Shown here: positions 53,090 to 64,000 of the stretch, in pieces
Layout: each line of letters begins with the position of its first letter
Position numbering within the stretch: the stretch's first letter is position 1
DNA from: Vermamoeba vermiformis
Lineage: Eukaryota
Assembly: GCA_045837725.1 (NCBI GenBank)
Contig: JBEWZL010000123.1
Coordinates: forward strand, 186,001 to 250,000
Direction: 5' to 3'
Length of the DNA stretch: 64,000 nucleotides
Position numbers and translations under genes: made by a program
The notes under the pieces: generated by a model
Told to the model about the DNA's origin: nothing
The model's input: the letters and a program-made list of their open reading frames with translations, nothing else
The model's database searches: none

Positions 53090-53424
53090 ATGGAGTCAAA
53101 ACAGCTATTAGAGCAATATTTTCCACAATACACGCAATTAAAAGCGTCGCAAAAATGGTTAATTATTATTCCTATATTGGCCACGGTAGTTGCAGTCACA
53201 ATAATATTAATTGGCCTAGATCGTAAAGGTATACAATTTTCAGACAGAATTCTAGCTCTATAATCTCATTTTACTAATTTTTATAATGAGCAGTGGCTAC
53301 TATAATATACAGCGTGCTATTTATTACAATTCTTGTTTCTGGAGGCATGTTCCTAAGGCAGAAAAATGAGCTTGCCAAATATGACGCAAGTAAAATTAAT
53401 ACAAATAATACTTTTATAGAATAA
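53090..53424 (+). CDS. Small two-transmembrane hypothetical protein
   Basis: Two exons: MESKQLLEQ..WLIIIPILATVVAVTIILIGL DRK|VATIIYSVLFITILVSGGMFL.. Confidence 0.5.
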
Positions 53425-53607
53425 TGCGTTAGTTATGATTATTCGGATAAGCCCTCTTCCTTTTGGTATAAAATATCGCTTTTGTGATACATAGGGCAAA
53501 CCAAAAAAAATCTTCGTAAAAACCATGTTATTCATGAACAAATCCAATTAATTCGTATTGCACTTGATCACGTATCGCGCGACAAGTATTTTAGCAGAAT
53601 CTCAATC

Positions 53608-54057
53608 ATGCCTATTATTGCAAATTTTTATACCTGCGAATTTTCCGCAGTTAATATTATTAATCTTTCTATATTTGGACTGCTTCCTAACCGCTATTTC
53701 GTACAGAAAATTGATCTAAAGCGGCTGCTCGATGCCACATCGGGCGACGTTGAAATGGAGGAAGATCTATTGAACGCGTTACGACAAAACGTTGTGGATC
53801 GACTTCCGTTATTAAAAGCTGGCTTACAAAATAAGATCAAGGACCAAGCAGTACTCTATTCGCATGATTTTAAAGGTTCATGCGCTACGATTGGCTTGGA
53901 AGGCGTTAGAATTACGGCGATGGAGATGGAACGATTGAGCAAAGAAAATCAACTTGAAGCCGCTTTGCAGCTCTATCCGCAGCTTGAAATGGAAATTAAA
54001 CAAGGATTCGAGCTATTAGAATCGTACATTAAGAATAAGAAGAGAAAAGCAGCATAA
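53608..54057 (+). CDS. Histidine phosphotransfer (Hpt) protein, RdeA/Ypd1-like; 5' end uncertain
   Basis: SHDFKGSCATIG matches the Hpt H..KGSS..+G motif. Confidence 0.8.
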   Translation: MPIIANFYTCEFSAVNIINLSIFGLLPNRYFVQKIDLKRLLDATSGDVEMEEDLLNALRQNVVDRLPLLKAGLQNKIKDQAVLYSHDFKGSCATIGLEGVRITAMEMERLSKENQLEAALQLYPQLEMEIKQGFELLESYIKNKKRKAA

Positions 54058-54260
54058 ATTTATTCGATCCGAGTTTGGATCTGCGCCAGTACAATACATG
54101 TAATATAAAATCCTGTTATGCAACACGAGTATCATATTCTATGTCGTAATTACGTAATTAGCTGACTTTAGATCTTTTTTTAGCAAGGGGCAATGGTCAG
54201 GATCCGATTGTCCGCATACGTTCTAGCTTTTTTTTTTCGAAATTAACAAATTTTATTCAT

Positions 54261-57200
54261 CTAAAATGAAATAGTCAAATAATTAAATCGATCTACATTT
54301 TGCTGAATCAGTTGAGGGTTCTTTTGGATGTACTCGTTCATGCGCACATCTACAACTTCGATCGTGCACTTGCCCAAGGCCTCCAAGAACTCAATGACTT
54401 CCTTAGGACTAAGGCCACAATTTTGTAGCGTCAAAAGCTTGATTTTTGAAGTTTTAAGTACTGCTGCCAACTGCGGATAAATTATTTTAGCCTCGTATTG
54501 CGATAAGATCCGTATTTAATTTGACTTACCTCTTTAACTCCGCTAGCTAGCTTATTTCCATCCAAATGTAACCTATTTCATAAGCAATTAATCTCTATTT
54601 GCCACACTTTCGAAAATTTAATTAGATCTAAATTTGGATCTTCAATACAGATCGCTTGCATAAAACTAAATCAATTTAGAATAATTATGACTACTTACGT
54701 CTCGAGCTTATTGTTATATTTCAAATTCGTAAACAGTGCAGAAACGGTTGACTTGTCAATTCCCGTTGCAGCCAGATTTAGCTCCGTCAAACTGACGTTC
54801 TTTTGGAACGTGCCTGCCCATTGCGCGACAACCTCCTTCTTAGTGAGCTTATTATTACCAGCCAAGTCCAAGAACTCCAGCTGGTCGTTCACTTCAAGAG
54901 CTCCTCCGATCGCAACCAAGCCCGACGCATCCAAGCCGCTGTTTCTCAAACCAAGGCGCTTTAATGTCGTGTTCTTCTTAATTATCTCGCCCAAAAGCAA
55001 GCCAGTCTTCTTATCGATTTGATTGCCGCCAATCATCAGCTCTTTCATGATGTTGTTCTTTTCCATGGCTGCTACGATCTGGTTGATAAAAATGAAATTA
55101 ATACATAGCCTTGAGATAACTCATTATAAGAACTATATTTCTGCTATTAATTTGGCAAACGCGATAAAATACAATGATTATCAATTTACTTTGTAAGTTG
55201 AAAGGTTGATTGTAGTATGTCGTAAATAAAGAGAATATGAGTACTATGCAACGTACCTCTTTCATCGAGCTGGATCCAAGGTTATCATCTTGCAAGTGTA
55301 GCGTCAATAGCGAATAACGATCTTCGATATATTTTGCGAGTCTCTCAGCAGTAGCCGAGTTTAACACGCAGTAGCTCGCCTTGAAGCTATTGTAATAATA
55401 GAGTTAATATTGCATGGTCGTTGCGCCATCTACGCAATCCAAACAAACAGTGTTGTTACAGCATTTTTGGAGCGGATTTGTTTTTTTGGGCTCTAAGCTT
55501 GCGACTGATATATAACGGAAGAAATAATAAACTATCTTCTAAAATAGGAAGAATAAACAAAAATAGATTTGTGGAGTGTAAAATCGGAACAGATAATTTT
55601 AGGTTAGATCGCAGCGAAAGTGTATACTTTATGTGCGTACCTTGTGATCGTAGAATTACTAGTCAGCCAATCAGCGACGAGACTTGACGTCTTGGATGTG
55701 ATGCCAATGTTGGTAATATCGAGCTCAGTAATAGTTCTGTTGGCTCCCAATCCTTTCATCAGATCTTTAACTCCTTCGCCGAGCTAGAAAAAAGCTATAA
55801 TTAGTACGTCATATATATAGGCGCTATAGTATACGAGTTTTTAAATTGATTATTATCATCGGATGAATTCTAACGGATGTTTCGGATCCGATTTTCAAAC
55901 TTACTTTGTTGTCTGGGAGGCTCATAACGGTCAAACCATTAGCCTTCTTCAAGAACTTGGAGAAAAACTCGCAGAATTGCGGCTCCAATTTGTTTTGGCC
56001 GATATAAAGCTTCTTCAAGGTTTCGGATCCCTTCAATTGCTCCAAAATGACCTCCATACCAGGGCCGGTAATATTATTCGCAGAGATATCGAGCTCTTCA
56101 ATCACATTGCCGCGTTTCAACATGGCAGCGAGGCCCTAGCAACATCAATTAGAAAATATTTCCTTTTTAGGAAAAAACGATTTATGCGGGTTAAAACTCT
56201 AGTTAGCAAGCGATGAGTTACCTCGGGACAGTTAGGATTGCCAATATTGTTTCCTTTCAAGTTTGCCACGCGAACTTTAGTCAAAGTAATCATTCTAATA
56301 AGCGTTTGTTAGGCCAGATCCATAAAAAGTAAAACAGCGTTTATACTAACCTTCCAATAGTTCTGCCGGTGCCAAATTTGTTTCTTGCCAAGTTGACGGT
56401 GGTAATATTCATATCTTGCAGACTTACGATGCCCTCACTGAAAAATAATTATTTTAGTCGCTCGTTCACTGAACCAAGTCGGATCTGTACTTACGAAGTC
56501 TTTTTCAAAGCGTTCTCCAAGGCATTAGCAATTGCGTCTAAGTGCAAGTCGTTGAGGTCGCACTTGCTCACATCAAGCATATCCAAGTTCTTATCAGCGT
56601 CGTAAGCCACATCCACTTGCAACAACAATTTATGCAGCGGCTTCAAATCCTTCGTCTTGCATCTATAACAAAAATTAAGATATTATCTCGAATAAATTAA
56701 TTTCAAAATATACGTACTCATCCAAGTAGCAGTTCTTGAATGCTCCCAAAGGCGAGATCTTGACCTCGACTTCATCACGAGGCTTGGGCGGTGCTAATTG
56801 CATAAACTCGGGCAAGAAATCGACTTTAGGCAAGAAATCGTGTCGTGATACACCATCAGTCAATTGTCGTACCAAGATCTCGTTGTAGCCGCTGATCAAT
56901 TCGAGCATCGTCTTTGTGTGCGCATCAGCAAGCTTGCAGAAGAACTCGCCCTGAGAATAAGCACGTAATTAATATAAGACTAGTGGCTATTATAATCTAT
57001 GACCACTTACAGATCTGAATTTGAATTGCAAACCAGTCGGCTGTCTGATGATCATCTTCATGTCCTCGTACGAGTAGAAACCAAAAATACGCTAGAAATA
57101 CGTTAATACGACTACTATTAATATTATTATACTAATGACAATGCTTACGTCATCATCTTGTTGCACCCAAACACCTTCTTCACTGACACCAAATCGACGA

Positions 57201-59357
57201 TAGACTTTGCCGTCCAACTATGGAAAAGAATTAAGATCAATATTGTTCCGACGCATATAAATACCGATATAGACTCGTATATTAGCATATTTAATACTCT
57301 TAATATTAATAAATCGCTATGCGTTCGAGTCATAAAGTCAAAAAATTATTTCTTAGTAAAAGTACTTACAGCGCCCTTGAAGAATGTGCAGCCAAAAGTC
57401 GGAATATTGCGCGCAGTTTGAATGTACAATTTCATGGCCTCTTCTTTGCTCAAGCCAGTCATGTTCGTGTAACAAGCAAAGATACGTTGTTCCGCGTAAA
57501 TCTGCGTCATTTTCTTTACGTGGAATGAAGGCAAGAAATGTTCAATGCTCTTTTCTTTGAAGAAGCCGACGTGATGTTTGGAGCGTTGATAATCGCCCAA
57601 CAAGACTTGCATTTGAATGGCAGCCAACTTGACCGCCAATGACTCGTGCACTGGGTAAACTTCACTCACGACATTTTGACACAACTACTCAGGCATAAAT
57701 ATTAATACGATGGATGCATTAGAGGTGTCAAGCTAATGACTTACTTGAGTGTAATAGAAGTACAGTGCTGTGGGGTCAGCCCATCTGAAAGGTACTTTGA
57801 ACCACTTCACTTTGAAGCGAATGTTCGATTTCTCGTGCAAATTAGCCATTTTGATCGAGTTCAACGGGTCCAATTCTTTGTCTATAAGACATATCTTAGC
57901 TCTAATACTTCAAATTATAGTTGACATGTCACGTACCTTCACCGTCAGAAATATCGTACAACGCGAACAGATCTGATTGCCAAACATCAAATTTGTCAGC
58001 AGCCAACTCAAACAACTCTTGCACGCTGAAATCAGGTGTGGCGTACAACTTCTTTTGACTGCCATCGACAAATGTAATTGTCAAAAGTAACTTGGGCAAG
58101 GGTGAAGTGTCGGGAACCTGTCAATTTTGAGAAATTAAAATTAAATAATGCTCCTATTCATACGAATATCGTTCCTAAGGCGAAAAAAAATGACTACAGA
58201 ATTATAGTGCATTTGTAATTAAATTAATGACCGATGTGGAGTGATGCACCAAATACGTCACCGAAAGTTTGCGTGTATCAACACGTTAATTGCAAATTGT
58301 TTAATAAATATTACCTCTCGCACAATCTTTCTAACGCGCACAGGGACAGGTGCTCTGTAAATGGATTAGCGAATTAGCGATTGTCGCTATGCGTAATGAA
58401 ATTTTCAAATAGTGAATATAAACGTACTTTTCGGGATTGGGATCGTAAATCTGAAGGTCATCGTCTTCAAATTCACGTTTCAACTCGTCCAAGTCAATTT
58501 CATCTTTCTTTTTCTTGGATGTCGTTCCAGTCTTTGACTTAACAGTGCCGCCAGATCGTGAGGATGTGACGGATTGCTGTAATATTGTTAATGATGTCAC
58601 ATAACGCGATTGAAATGCGATTTATAGAAATTTCAAAATTTTAAAATTAAACAAAAGATTTTCAAAATCGAATTGAATTGACGCAGATTACGACCGTTAC
58701 GAAATTGCATTAAAATAACTGAATCGTATATTGCGCGAAACGAAGCAATTTTAGCGAATTTTTGAAGCTAGAGTATGGGTATAACGGCTACATACTTTCG
58801 GTTTGGAGTTAGTGTTTGTTCGCTTGAGTGTGCTTGGCGCAGCTGAGCGTTTAATTTTAACAGTCGACATATCGTATTTTTGACCATTAACTTCAATGAC
58901 GTGAGTGTCTCCAACGTTAGGAATAACCGGCTTGGCGAGAGATGACGAGGATTTGGTCTTAGCTACTGGTTTTTTAGCGCTGGATCGCTTAGTAGAATTC
59001 GAAGTTGTCTTTTTGGTATTCGAAGTACTACGCGTAGTACCGGTTTTACTGGATTTAGATCCAGATGCGGCAGAAGACGAAGGTTTAGCTTTAGCGCCTT
59101 TACTACTAGCACTGCTGCCACTTCTCTTCTTAACAGTACCCGTTTTACTCGTCACATTAGGAATTTCTGCAGGCTCTTCTTCCTCTGGCATCAGGATCCT
59201 CTTCTTGCGGTTCTTCCTCGACAGGCTCTTCGCCAGAATATTGATTACTATTATTATCTCCATTGCTAACCTCAGAACGAGGGCTAGTTGAAGTTCCAAT
59301 GCCTTGAATCTCGTCCAACAAGGCGTCTAAACGGTCTAGATCTGCAACACCAGACAT
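54261..59357 (-). CDS. FERM-domain + leucine-rich-repeat protein with Ser/Lys-rich N-terminus
   Basis: LAAIQMQVLLGDY, AMKLYIQTARNIPTFGCTFF (FERM), followed by RI-like LRRs. Confidence 0.85.
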
Positions 59358-59906
59358 GCTAAATCAATAATAAATAAATATATGTACAAGTGATTTGGCT
59401 TGTTGTTGACGTAACAGGAATTATACAAAAAATGAACCCAACGATCTGCCAACCTTGATTTTGTGCTTTTTTTGGGAGATTTTCATCTCCTTTTGGGGAT
59501 CTCACCGTTTTAGCGTTTCGAATCAGTACATGTCCTTATAAGGATAACAAGCCTATCGGCATACACGAACTACTAACGGAGTTCTCGATAATTGTTTTTC
59601 TGAAGCGAAAAGAAATCAACATCCACCGGCCAATACTGAACAATCGAGGCGAATTTCTTTAATTATTTATTTAAGCTACAACGAAATGAATCGAAACGAG
59701 TCGACTGTACAAATTCTATATTCTACTTAAAGAGTACAAGTGCAATACGTAAACGAGATCCACAGAAAGTACTTTGTTTTAAATTATCCACGGATCTGTT
59801 TCGTATTTCTTTCTAATGATGATATTAATTATACAAAATGAATTATGATTTAAACTTCTGCCGAAAAAAAAGCAGAAAGAAGATCGACCAAAGTCAACTA
59901 GCTGCT

Positions 59907-62219
59907 CTATTTCTTAGCAGCGTTAGCGGGATTGTACGTGAAGCCGTCCCAATCAGAGTTGCCGCTGTTAACAGGAGGATTCTCCTCGCTGTCTTCTTCC
60001 TCTTCATCGTCGTCCAAGGTTACAGGCTCATCCGTGAACATGGTGTCGATGTTGCTAATGTCCAAATCGTCCTTGACTTGAGGCTTGAATGGAGGCTCGA
60101 GCTCCAAGTTCTCCAACTTGGTCCAATCAATGCTGGCGTAGAAAGGATGGGCCTTGATTTGCGCTGGATCGACCAAACGGCGAGCAGGATCACGCTCCAA
60201 CAACTACACACCAACACATTAGTCTTATTCAATATCATTATAAGCACATTAGAGCACGTACCTTGGACAACAAGTCACGAGCAGTGTCGCTAATGACGTC
60301 AGGGAATTGAAGATCCGCGGTCATGATCTTAGTGTACATTTGTTGCACGTCTTCGCAGTAGAAAGGAGGCAGACCAGTGAGCATCTGCGCAAACAGACAC
60401 GCGTTAATATTGTAAACGACAGCAAATCATAAAGCGCGAAATTTCACGTTCAAAGTTATAGATTACGGTAATCTAAAGGTAAGCTGTAATGCACGTCATA
60501 AGGTGCTTGACGTGTTAATATTTGATTTGCCAATAATTGTTCAAATAATAACTTGAAATCAGCAATAAAAAAGATATTGATAGTGTCGTTGTACGTACCT
60601 CGAACATCAAAGTACCAAAGCTCCACCAGTCAATAGCCTTGCTGTATCCGTTGCCCTCCAACACTTCAGGGGCGAGGTACTCAGGAGTGCCGCAGAAAGT
60701 AGCCGTGCGCGCGTCTTTAGTGTGCAAACCTTCCTTCGAGAGACCGAAGTCAGTCATGATAATGTGGCCGTGACGAGTCAACAACAAGTTCTCGGGCTTC
60801 AAATCTCTGTTGATAGATCGCATCGTTAATACGCGTATCAGCATAATAGTGTTAATTAAGGATAACATTGCGCAGAAATTGCAACGGGATCCGCAAATTA
60901 AAATTGAAATTGTGGTGAGATCAAATGGGGATTTGGCTATGCCTTCGTATATTACCTATAAATGACACCATTCTTATGCAAATATTCAATGCCAAGAACA
61001 ATTTCAGCGGTGTAGAATTTGACTCGATCCTCGGTGAATCGTTTCTCCTTTTGCAAATGGAAGAATAATTCTCCTCCGTTAACGTAGTCCATAACAAAGA
61101 ATAATCTATCTGCATCTTGGAACGAGTAATGCAATTTGACCAAGAAAGGATTGTTCAGTCTGACCAAAATAGCTTTTTCGGATTTAGTATGACCAACTTC
61201 GTTCTTCTTCAAAATCTTGCTCTTAGTAAGAACCTTCATAGCGTAAACTTTGCCGGTATCTCTCTTTCGGACTAAAAGGACCTAGTAACATTATTGTAAT
61301 TAGCATGCGAGATCCCTTTTCAAAAATCTAGCAATGACTGCTACAAAATTAATAATGACCATAAAATTATCATAATATGGTAGTGATTATAGCAGTGGTT
61401 TCGTAATTTCTTAAACGGAATATATAATTAACCGAAGATTGCACGGAAACACATGGAATCCAGATTTCACTCACAAATTGACGAATAAACTTTCTTACAC
61501 CATAAATTTGATACATATGCTAAAAAAATATTTTGTAAACGAATAAATACCTTGCCAAAGCTACCCTTGCCAATAACTTTAAGGAAACCGAAATCTTCAA
61601 CGGTCATTTTCTTTTCGTTAGTCTATCACCAAAATTAATATCATTACACTAAGTACATATCAAATACATAATAAAATATCATTATTATAATTTTGGACCT
61701 AATTAAAAACTTGGTAATTTTTTTCGTATATCCGTTGGGACTTACCGAAGTAGGCTCAGGTTCCTCGTGATGATGGTTGTTACCATTTGCTACTACTTGT
61801 GTGCTTGAGGAAGGACCGCTGCTTGTTTTTTGTTTATTCAACACTTCGATCCAAGCGTTCATATCAGGTTCGTCATCGGTGCAGATGTGGTAAACTCTGT
61901 CTTCAGTAACGATCTTAAAACAATTGGAATGCTTCTTATAATCAGCTGCACGCTCTACTGCGATTTCCGAAGCATCAGCAAGTCGGATTTCACCACACTT
62001 TTCCTTCTTGGTCTAAAAATAATACTAATATTAGGACCGTGATATAAACCAATCACAACTATAATGGTGCATATTGTCATGCCATTTTTGCAATAAATAA
62101 TCATTAATTCGCACCTCTTTTTTGTAGTAAGATAAAACGTCTCCTTCCAAGGCCATCCATCTCTTCTTCCAGGTTTTAATTTTACCACCTTCTTTTACGA
62201 CCCAACCTGCTTTGCTCAT
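59907..62219 (-). CDS. pkbA: PH-domain AGC kinase PKB/Akt
   Basis: PH ([13 protein letters not shown]), [20 protein letters not shown], hydrophobic motif WDGFTY. Confidence 0.92.
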
Positions 62220-62558
62220 ATTGTTGTTTTTATAGTTGTATTAGCCTCGAGGCGTGTGGTTGTGGTGTTGCTCGTGTACAACAATAACGAAATAATTTTT
62301 ATTCCACACGGATATTTATCCTGAAAACAACAGAAAGGGGACCTTTTAATCATCAAGCGCAATTCAAGTCACCTATCGTATTAGGTTAAACAATTGAGTA
62401 GAATCTATCTGTCAGCGGAGGAATAATTTGTAAGTACTGATCGAGATTCAGCAACGGAATTCTGGATCCCTTTGCTATTACGCGAGCAATTCGCAATCTA
62501 TACTGCTATAGTAGTAAACTAAGCCTTCTTTCTTAAATTTAGTCACAAAGGACGAAGG

Positions 62559-64000
62559 ATGTCAGGTGGCAAGTAAAAGTCTTTTAGTTGTTGGAGGCCA
62601 TAATAATTATAATAATTTCTCGTGCACGTAGTTTATACGTGGGGCTGCGATCAAGGCAATTTAGGCAGCGACAACGGCGGATCTTTATTCAGATTGGTCG
62701 ATTTTGACAACAGACCTATCAGACACGTTGCCGCAGGTCGTGCAGGTACTGCTGTGCTTACAGGTTAGTATTTTTCGATTTTTCCAATAAAATCTCCATT
62801 GCGTTATTATTACGCAAAACGACGGTCCTAATAATAAGGAACTAACGAAAAAAACGAAACTTCTCAGAGGATGGTGAATTGTTTCTATTTGGCATGTTTG
62901 GTAGATCTGGCGTCTCCATAAAGACTACCTCAAAGGATTTTATTCATGACAAGATTCTCGGCGTGTCATGTGGAATGGACTGCGTTGCCTTTTACACCGA
63001 GAAGAATGAAGTAAGACTGCATTACCATATGTAGCTTGCTTACATATAAAATTAACATATTGTGGTAGATTTGGGCTTGGGGTCCTTACATCAGCGAAGA
63101 TCCAGATCCCGCTATCATCCATCGATTTCCAAAAGACGTACTGATCAAGCAGATAGCTTGCGGTGGAATGCACTGTCTTGTACTTACTAACCAAGGCAAG
63201 CCCTATCATAAGTCTGAATATGATGACTCATATTTGCGTTAGGAGTGTACGCGTGGGGTGGGAACAACAACGGTCAGATGGGCACGGGAGATGTATATAT
63301 GCCAATGATGATGCATGCAGGGGCAGTACAGTACAAGCAATTGCTGCCTATAGTTGCCCTTAAGAACAAGAACATCGTTCAGATTGCTGCAGGAGGATAC
63401 CACTCGTTGGCATTGACCGGTAAGGGATCAGATCCAGGCAAGCGAGGCCGCTAATATATTTCCCAGACGCTGGTGAGGTTTACAGCTTTGGAGCAGGAGG
63501 ATACGGCCAGCTTGGCACTGGAAACAAAATCAATCAAACGGTACCAACTTTGGCACTAGAGCTCGCGAGCAAGAAGATCAATTTCATCGCAGCTGGACCT
63601 TCTCACTCGATCGCAATCTCGACTGACGGCAAGGTAAGTTAATACAATCCTATTGATCATTACTTATACTGTTATCCTAAGGCGTACTTGTTCGGTCGTA
63701 CAGAAAGCAAACAATGCAATTGCACCGCACCCGAGAATGCATGTCTTCAGCCTGTGGAAGTGTCAATCAAAGACGACTTCTTTGTCTACGGCGCAGCAGC
63801 ACATAGCTGCACATACTTAGTCACTGTTAGCGGCAAGATCCACGACTACGGAATGTTATGGGTAAGCCTCAGAACATTCTGTCAGACCTTTGTTAACATG
63901 ACGCAAACACAGCAAAATACCGAAAATGTGATGGTCGGGAAAGATGGAGGCGTGTTCAAAGACAAGATTGTTCGTCAAATATGGTGCGGTCATTACCACG
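62559..64000 (+). CDS. RCC1-repeat protein (runs off the end of the window)
   Basis: VYAWGGNNNGQMG, IAAGGYHSLALT, GYGQLG and IAAGPSHSIAI repeats. Confidence 0.88.

Noticed and set aside
3167-62219. SIN1, RasGEF and PKB (TORC2-PKB pathway) in one window as a functional cluster
   Set aside because: Separated by many unrelated genes; compatible with chance in a gene-dense genome

Overview
Gene-dense, intron-rich eukaryotic nuclear DNA with short GT-AG introns and CTAAC-like branch sites. It is most likely amoebozoan, inferred from a Shk-type kinase-SH2 gene, an RdeA-like Hpt protein and PKB/SIN1. About 30 spliced protein genes can be reconstructed: ATG4, SIN1, C-CAP, QTRT2, Shk, RasGEF, UBOX5, GPRP-like, ADF/cofilin, CMS1, Rid, Mrr-like nuclease, ARM, SLF2-like, PUF6/PUM3, ankyrin-PTP, two ependymin-like paralogues, F-box, mitochondrial DnaJ, NDUFV2, Hpt, FERM-LRR, PKB and RCC1. 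The most striking non-coding signal is a ~470-nt element present twice, in sense orientation, in introns of two unrelated genes: a U12-type intron of PUF6 and a U2-type intron of DnaJ. It folds as an unusually long (~370 nt) box H/ACA RNA whose 3' pocket matches LSU rRNA helix 69. PUF6 also hosts a U24-like C/D snoRNA in a GC-AG intron. Other notable items are two clear U12 introns, several GC-AG introns, a recurrent TTTTATGG motif before branch points, a 69-aa Cip/Kip-like micro-protein with a structured non-coding element upstream, and an intron-containing Mrr-type nuclease with a predicted membrane anchor. Gene models and family calls were made by eye, without database searches.
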